Virus record (IMG/VR): IMGVR_UViG_2602041905_000003
Strand: one strand, 5' to 3'
Length of the DNA: 23,313 nt
From: a virus
Taxonomy: Duplodnaviria; Heunggongvirae; Uroviricota; Caudoviricetes
The notes under the pieces were generated by a model. That model searched no databases and was not told the origin of the DNA. It saw only the letters and a list, made by a program, of their open reading frames with translations. The translations under genes and the position numbers were made by a program. How positions within the stretch are numbered: the first letter of the stretch is position 1; the number at the start of each line of letters is the position of its first letter. Below, one piece after another: positions 18,945 through 23,313 of this stretch.

Positions 18945-20770
18945 TGAAAGTAACTGCAAACGGTAAGACATTTACCTTTCCTGATGGTACGAGCACCGAA
19001 GATATTGGGGCCGCCATTGATGAGTATTTTGCTGGTCAGGCTGTTCAGCAACAAACAGTTAATCAGGCCAATAATGCACCAACACGGGAAGAACCATCAT
19101 TGATGCAACAAGCTGGCGATTGGCTCACAGGTGGTCAAAGTGCAGGGCAAATTGCAGAACAGGCTGGTCGTGGTCTGGTAAACATACCATTTGACGTATT
19201 GCAGGGTGGCGCAAGTCTGATTAATGCAATCAGTCAGGGGCTTGGTGGTCCAAAAGTATTGGATGATGTCTATCGTCCAGTCGATCGACCGACAGACCCT
19301 TATGCGCAAACTGGAGAAACAATTGGCGGGTATTTAGTTCCAGGAGTTGGAACGGCAGGAAGCATGGCTATTGGATCACTGGCAGAGGCCGCAAATCAGA
19401 AAGGCGATTTCGCACAAAATGCAGCAAAAAATGCCGGAGTTAACCTTGCCGCTCAGGGGGTTCTTTCCGCAGCAGCAAAGGGAATAGGGCGTGGAATAAC
19501 GGCTATAAAAGGTGATATTGCGCCAGAAGTGGCGAAGAAAATTGCCACATCAGAATCGATGGGCGTGACACCAATGACATCTGATGTTATCCCGCCGAAA
19601 AATGCTTTCACTCGCGGCCTTACTCAGGATGCCGAGGGGGCTTTGCTCGGGACAGGTTCAAAGCGTGCGGAGCAATATGCAAAAAGAAGTCAGCTAGTTA
19701 AAAAACAGCTTGAGAAATATGGTGAATATAGCCCATCAGTTGTTGTTGACGATCTGTATGGTTCTCTGAAGTCAAGGAAGGATTCAGCTGGAAGCGTTAT
19801 TGAAGACATTACAACTAAAATGGGAGATACACCTGTTGACACATCAAAATCCATTAAGGTTATCGACAACGTGCTTACCAGGGCTAACAGGCTTGGGAAA
19901 GTGGCAAATAAGGATTTGATTCGCGGGCTATCCGATTTGCGAGAAGAGCTTGCTAAACCAGATGTAGATTTTGGACTATTGAGAGAGTTGCGGTCAGCAT
20001 TAAGGGAAAGTATTCAGGGAGATGCCATGGTTTTTCCTAATAGCGCGAAAGCCGCAACTGATGCCGTGGAGAGGGCAATGGGTTCAGATTTGAGGAATAA
20101 CGCAGCACGGTATTTGGGGGCTGGAGAGGCTGCCAGATACGTCAAAGCAAACTCTGACTACTCCAACGTCTTCAATAAGGTTCTCAATAAAAGGATTGCG
20201 AACAATCTCAACAAAGCTAAAAAAGAGTTTACTCCAGAGCTAATAAACAGCGTTGTATTCAGCAGAAAACCATCAGATATTAAGAGGATATGGCCTGCTC
20301 TTAGTGAAGATGGAAAGAACGCTATGCGTGCTGCTTATATTAGCAAGATTGCAGAAAAGGCAGGAGACTCGCCAACAAAATTTCTTACCGAGTTAAATAA
20401 GTTGAAGTCGCAATCTGACGGTCAGATATATAACACGATATTCAGTGGGAGACACATGAAAGAGCTTGATGCTCTTCATGAAGTTCTACAGCAAACAGCA
20501 AGGTCAGACATCGCAAATGTTGTAACTCAGACAGGGCAATCGCAAGCCAACAGGATAAGGACGATTGGCGCAACTGCGACTCTTGGGGCAACACTGGCGC
20601 TTGAATCTGGTTTCGGTACAATGATGCGCCTGTATGAGTCCAAAGCAACAAGGAATGCGCTCTTACGTCTGGCAAACACTAAAGCTGGAACGCCAGCTTA
20701 TGAAAGAGCGCTGAATAATGCTGCGAATGCCATCAGACCGCTGTTTGCTACTGAGGCAACACAGCAGTAA
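18941..20770 (+). CDS. Ejection protein, P22 gp16-like
   Basis: 609 aa, same length and position as P22 gp16; ATGA overlap with upstream gene. Confidence 0.8.
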   Translation: MMKVTANGKTFTFPDGTSTEDIGAAIDEYFAGQAVQQQTVNQANNAPTREEPSLMQQAGDWLTGGQSAGQIAEQAGRGLVNIPFDVLQGGASLINAISQGLGGPKVLDDVYRPVDRPTDPYAQTGETIGGYLVPGVGTAGSMAIGSLAEAANQKGDFAQNAAKNAGVNLAAQGVLSAAAKGIGRGITAIKGDIAPEVAKKIATSESMGVTPMTSDVIPPKNAFTRGLTQDAEGALLGTGSKRAEQYAKRSQLVKKQLEKYGEYSPSVVVDDLYGSLKSRKDSAGSVIEDITTKMGDTPVDTSKSIKVIDNVLTRANRLGKVANKDLIRGLSDLREELAKPDVDFGLLRELRSALRESIQGDAMVFPNSAKAATDAVERAMGSDLRNNAARYLGAGEAARYVKANSDYSNVFNKVLNKRIANNLNKAKKEFTPELINSVVFSRKPSDIKRIWPALSEDGKNAMRAAYISKIAEKAGDSPTKFLTELNKLKSQSDGQIYNTIFSGRHMKELDALHEVLQQTARSDIANVVTQTGQSQANRIRTIGATATLGATLALESGFGTMMRLYESKATRNALLRLANTKAGTPAYERALNNAANAIRPLFATEATQQ

Positions 20771-20794
20771 CGTATGGGTAATTGGATTCAATCG

Positions 20795-21184
20795 TTAACA
20801 TTTTCTTTTTACTTTTCCAACAAAAGCTTTGGTTGAATCCATATTTCCATAACCGGAAATGGTTTTTGACATTAAAACTGTTCCAGTAGGATGTATTACC
20901 CATGAGTCGATAACGCGTTGAGTTTCGCCATTTGCGCCGATTCCTATGATGGAGTTTTTAGACAATGCTTTGTAAGCCATGCCGCCCGCATCTGCCCCAG
21001 AATATGTGATGCTGGCATCTTCACCGCTTGTCTTAATGATGAATGTTCCACTAAAACCATCTTCTTCTGGTTGGAAATTATTTCGTTCTGAATAGCTTAT
21101 TCCGCGCATATCTCCAACTACCCAGCACTCTGCTGTAGCCCCAAAAGATATGAATAAGAACATAGCAGCAAGAAATTGCCTCAC
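20795..21184 (-). CDS. Secreted (periplasmic) protein of unknown function, 129 aa; accessory/moron gene
   Basis: GTG start with AGGAGG Shine-Dalgarno 5 nt upstream on the - strand; N-terminal signal peptide (MRQFLAAMFLFISFGATA with AxA cleavage site before ECW); AT-rich; convergent with gp16. Confidence 0.6.
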   Translation of the reverse strand: MRQFLAAMFLFISFGATAECWVVGDMRGISYSERNNFQPEEDGFSGTFIIKTSGEDASITYSGADAGGMAYKALSKNSIIGIGANGETQRVIDSWVIHPTGTVLMSKTISGYGNMDSTKAFVGKVKRKC

Positions 21185-21552
21185 ACCAACCTCCTTAGTT
21201 TTGCTCAGGATACCAGATGATACTTTATTGGTGGAGTGGTGTGTGAAAACGTGTCAACGACAAACCATCCACAACCTGGACGAATGATTTAGCAAAAAGT
21301 GCTATTTTTGGTGTTTGGTGTCATAGAAAAGTGAATAGCTCACTTTTCAACATTGCATGAAACTTGCAGGAAATGTGACATTACCTTATAGGTAACTTCG
21401 GCGAAAATGCAGTAAATGTGAAACGTAATGATTTAAACGTGTCGAGAAAGTGGTTGTAAGTTAGCCTCTGAAGGATTGATGACAGCTTTGTTATGGTATT
21501 AAATGCAACTTGACACAGTTGTATACATAGCTGCGGCTATCAAGATGGAGGT

Positions 21553-22002
21553 ATGTTTATGCTCACTTGTTTTGATGTCGCCGACTACTTCTTGGCGCAT
21601 TGCGATGAAGAAAGTGGCGACATTATCTCTAACCTAAAAATTCAGAAGTTGACGTATTATGCCCAAGGGTTTTCTCTGGTTCTTCTGGGTAAGCCGCTAT
21701 TTAATGAGAAAATTGAAGCCTGGATGCATGGGCCAGTAGTTCCTGAATTGTATCGTAAATATAGGGACTGTGGTAACGGAGCTTTACCTGCGCCAGAAAA
21801 CTTTGACGCTAAAAAATTCAGTGAAGATGAAATTGAATTGCTGGATGAGGTGTATAAAGTTTATGGTCAGTTTTCTGCCTGGAAACTGCGCAATATGACT
21901 CACGAAGAGCAGCCATGGAAAGATGCTTACATTGAGGGTGCGGTTAGCCAAGAAATCACACTTGATTCTATGAAAGGTTTTTTCAAAACGTTAATTAACT
22001 GA
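21553..22002 (+). CDS. Panacea-domain protein (DUF4065; GepA/SocA/PanA-like phage-associated antitoxin-type protein)
   Basis: Translation MFMLTCFDVADYFLAHCDEESGDIISNLKIQKLTYYAQGFSLVLLGKPLFNEKIEAWMHGPVVPELYRKY follows the conserved pattern I recall for COG3600/DUF4065 (...KLQKLLYFAQG...G.PLF...IEAW..GPV.P.VY). GGAGG at 21547-21551 suggests the real start may be the second ATG at 21559. Confidence 0.8.
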   Translation: MFMLTCFDVADYFLAHCDEESGDIISNLKIQKLTYYAQGFSLVLLGKPLFNEKIEAWMHGPVVPELYRKYRDCGNGALPAPENFDAKKFSEDEIELLDEVYKVYGQFSAWKLRNMTHEEQPWKDAYIEGAVSQEITLDSMKGFFKTLIN

Positions 22003-22007
22003 CGTGT

Positions 22008-22430
22008 ATGTCTAGAGTTAAGGGAAGAATAAAACAGAGGGATAAAGAGAGCTCTGCTACTGTTGGCCTCTCTATCCATCACGAATCTCATGATGTAGAC
22101 AAAAGTCCGCCTGTATTTTCTCTTAGATACCTACAAAAGGGGTATTGCCTAGATTGCTGCCAAAAGCATGAAAAGGCAGCATTTGCAGATAGGCTGTTCA
22201 GGTTAAGTCAGATGTCATGGGATGAGATACGAAAATCTGATAAACACGGGCTTGGGACGGAAAAAATTGCCAGAAACGCGATAAAGGCTCCGATTCCTAA
22301 GCATGTTACTCAAGATGTGGATTTCATTGCGTTCAGATTTTGCTCTAAGGCACCTATGGTTGGTTATAAGATAGGAGCCACTTTTTATGTCTTATGGCTC
22401 GACAGGGAGTTCAAGCTATACAAGCACTAA
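22008..22430 (+). CDS. Unclassified 140-aa protein co-transcribed with the Panacea gene (candidate toxin/effector partner)
   Basis: ORF begins 5 nt after the Panacea gene stop, same strand, followed by a strong terminator. No family recognised; start codon uncertain (no clear Shine-Dalgarno). Confidence 0.55.
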   Translation: MSRVKGRIKQRDKESSATVGLSIHHESHDVDKSPPVFSLRYLQKGYCLDCCQKHEKAAFADRLFRLSQMSWDEIRKSDKHGLGTEKIARNAIKAPIPKHVTQDVDFIAFRFCSKAPMVGYKIGATFYVLWLDREFKLYKH

Positions 22431-22432
22431 TA

Positions 22433-22458
22433 AAACCCACCGTCAGGTGGGTTTTTTA
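22433..22458. terminator. Bidirectional intrinsic terminator between convergent accessory operons
   Basis: aaacccacc-gtca-ggtgggttt perfect hairpin with A-run on 5' side and T-run on 3' side; lies between the + strand Panacea operon end (22430) and the - strand ClpP-like gene end (22483). Confidence 0.8.
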
Positions 22459-22482
22459 TAAGGAGTAATCATGATTTACCCA

Positions 22483-23019
22483 TCAAACAACCCACCAGTT
22501 TGCCTGATTGGATGCCAGCCTTGCAGTTTTTATGGAATTAATTATGCCATGCTCAAGAGCCTTGTTAGCATCCAAAATGGTCGAGTCTGCTATCAGGGAT
22601 GCCCACCTAATATGGGTTCCGATGTCGATATTGAACGTCTCAACGAAGCGATCAAGATCGTTATCGAGGCATTTCCCGTACTCTCTCAATCTGGCATGGT
22701 CGGCGGCTGGGGAGGCAAAGCCCCATAATAGAGGATGTAACAGGAATCTTGATAATGGGTTTGCGAAACGTTCTGAGCCAGCCAGGAAAACGATATTAGC
22801 TATGGATTCAACATTGCTTATGTTGTGAGTTCTAACGGTAACAGGGAGTGACTTAAGAAAGTTATACGCAGTAAAGCCAGCGGCAGTTTCCCCTCCCTGA
22901 CTTGATATATGGATATTTAATTCAGTTGCGCCTTGAGATAATGCGGTGAGACAGTGGTTCTGAAGTTGCCCAACAGTGGCAGTGTTAACGGGGCATAAGA
23001 AATGAATTGTGTGCAGCAT
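22483..23019 (-). CDS. ClpP-fold serine protease-like protein (truncated S14-type, 178 aa)
   Basis: Translation aligns by eye with E. coli ClpP core: IHISSQGGETAAG vs INSPGGVITAG; NVESIANIVFLAG vs GQAASMGAFLLTAG (Ser retained); RFANPLSRFLLHPLLWG vs RFCLPNSRVMIHQPLGG (His retained); later Asp retained. Lacks about 60 N-terminal residues of canonical ClpP. ATG overlaps the upstream RHH gene stop (TAATG). Confidence 0.75.
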   Translation of the reverse strand: MLHTIHFLCPVNTATVGQLQNHCLTALSQGATELNIHISSQGGETAAGFTAYNFLKSLPVTVRTHNISNVESIANIVFLAGSERFANPLSRFLLHPLLWGFASPAADHARLREYGKCLDNDLDRFVETFNIDIGTHIRWASLIADSTILDANKALEHGIINSIKTARLASNQANWWVV

Positions 23020-23267
23020 TATTTTTCATCCTTACCATACATGGTCTTTAGCGTCTCAAGCAGCGCCTCTTTGAATTTGTCAGCTTCTTGCTGAGCAAAT
23101 GACTCAACTGACTTTGGCGACCTATCTTCATCAATCGCGGCTTGCAAAATCATGACGATCTCGGAGTTAACAGAGCGACCATTTTTTGATGCTCTGACAG
23201 CAAGAGCCTCGCGTAAAGATTCAGGGATTCTTACCGTAGTTGGAGAAATTGACACACCCTTTGCCAT
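23019..23267 (-). CDS. Ribbon-helix-helix transcriptional repressor, Mnt/Arc-like
   Basis: 82 aa; N-terminal ...TVRIPESLREALAVRASKNGRSVNSEIVMILQAAIDE matches the Arc/Mnt RHH signature (NGRS.NSE) and is Mnt-like in length; AAGGTG Shine-Dalgarno upstream on the - strand. Confidence 0.8.
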   Translation of the reverse strand: MAKGVSISPTTVRIPESLREALAVRASKNGRSVNSEIVMILQAAIDEDRSPKSVESFAQQEADKFKEALLETLKTMYGKDEK

Positions 23268-23313
23268 ATCACACCTTTGGTATTCAATTTGATATCAAAG
23301 TGTATGCAAAAAA

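Noticed and set aside
22471-22728. 85-aa + strand ORF with a strong AAGGAG Shine-Dalgarno and ATG immediately after the bidirectional terminator
   Set aside because: It lies almost entirely antisense to the ClpP-like gene, whose translation has clear family similarity and a conserved catalytic triad. The + strand product is Cys-rich with no recognisable family. Kept only as a low-probability alternative; the RBS-like motif is probably coincidental.
1-23313. CRISPR array, integrase, transposase/IS element or att site
   Set aside because: No regularly spaced direct repeats, no recombinase-like translation in any frame, and no tRNA-adjacent attachment-site repeat could be recognised within the window.

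Overview
This window reads as a contiguous stretch of a mosaic temperate lambdoid phage or prophage from an enterobacterium, all on the + strand until the last 2.5 kb. In order: the 3' end of a DnaB-type replicative helicase gene and a tR2-like terminator; a nin region (ninB, ninE, ninF, a ybcO-like gene, rusA, ninH); the late antiterminator Q with a pR'/tR' late-promoter and terminator unit; two tandem tRNA genes (Asn-GUU, Thr-UGU); a lambda-type lysis cassette (S with dual start, R, Rz with embedded Rz1); an Rha-family regulator; then a P22/Sf6-type virion module (small and large terminase, portal, scaffold, coat, gp4, gp10, gp26 tail needle, gp14, ejection proteins gp7, gp20, gp16). The last 2.5 kb (20771-23313) is an AT-rich accessory island at the position of the P22 sieA/immI region and is the most interesting part. 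It holds three modules: a secreted 129-aa protein (- strand), a Panacea/DUF4065 (PanA/SocA/GepA-like) gene with a tightly linked unclassified 140-aa partner (+ strand), and a translationally coupled operon of an Mnt/Arc-like ribbon-helix-helix repressor with a truncated ClpP-fold serine protease that keeps a Ser-His-Asp triad (- strand). Two runs of 10 N (2642-2651, 13482-13491) are assembly gaps that create artificial frameshifts in the ybcO-like and coat genes; the ybcO-like gene also carries a real in-frame TAG. All protein family assignments are from reading the translations against remembered family sequences and motifs; no database search was run. No CRISPR array, integrase, transposase or att site was seen.
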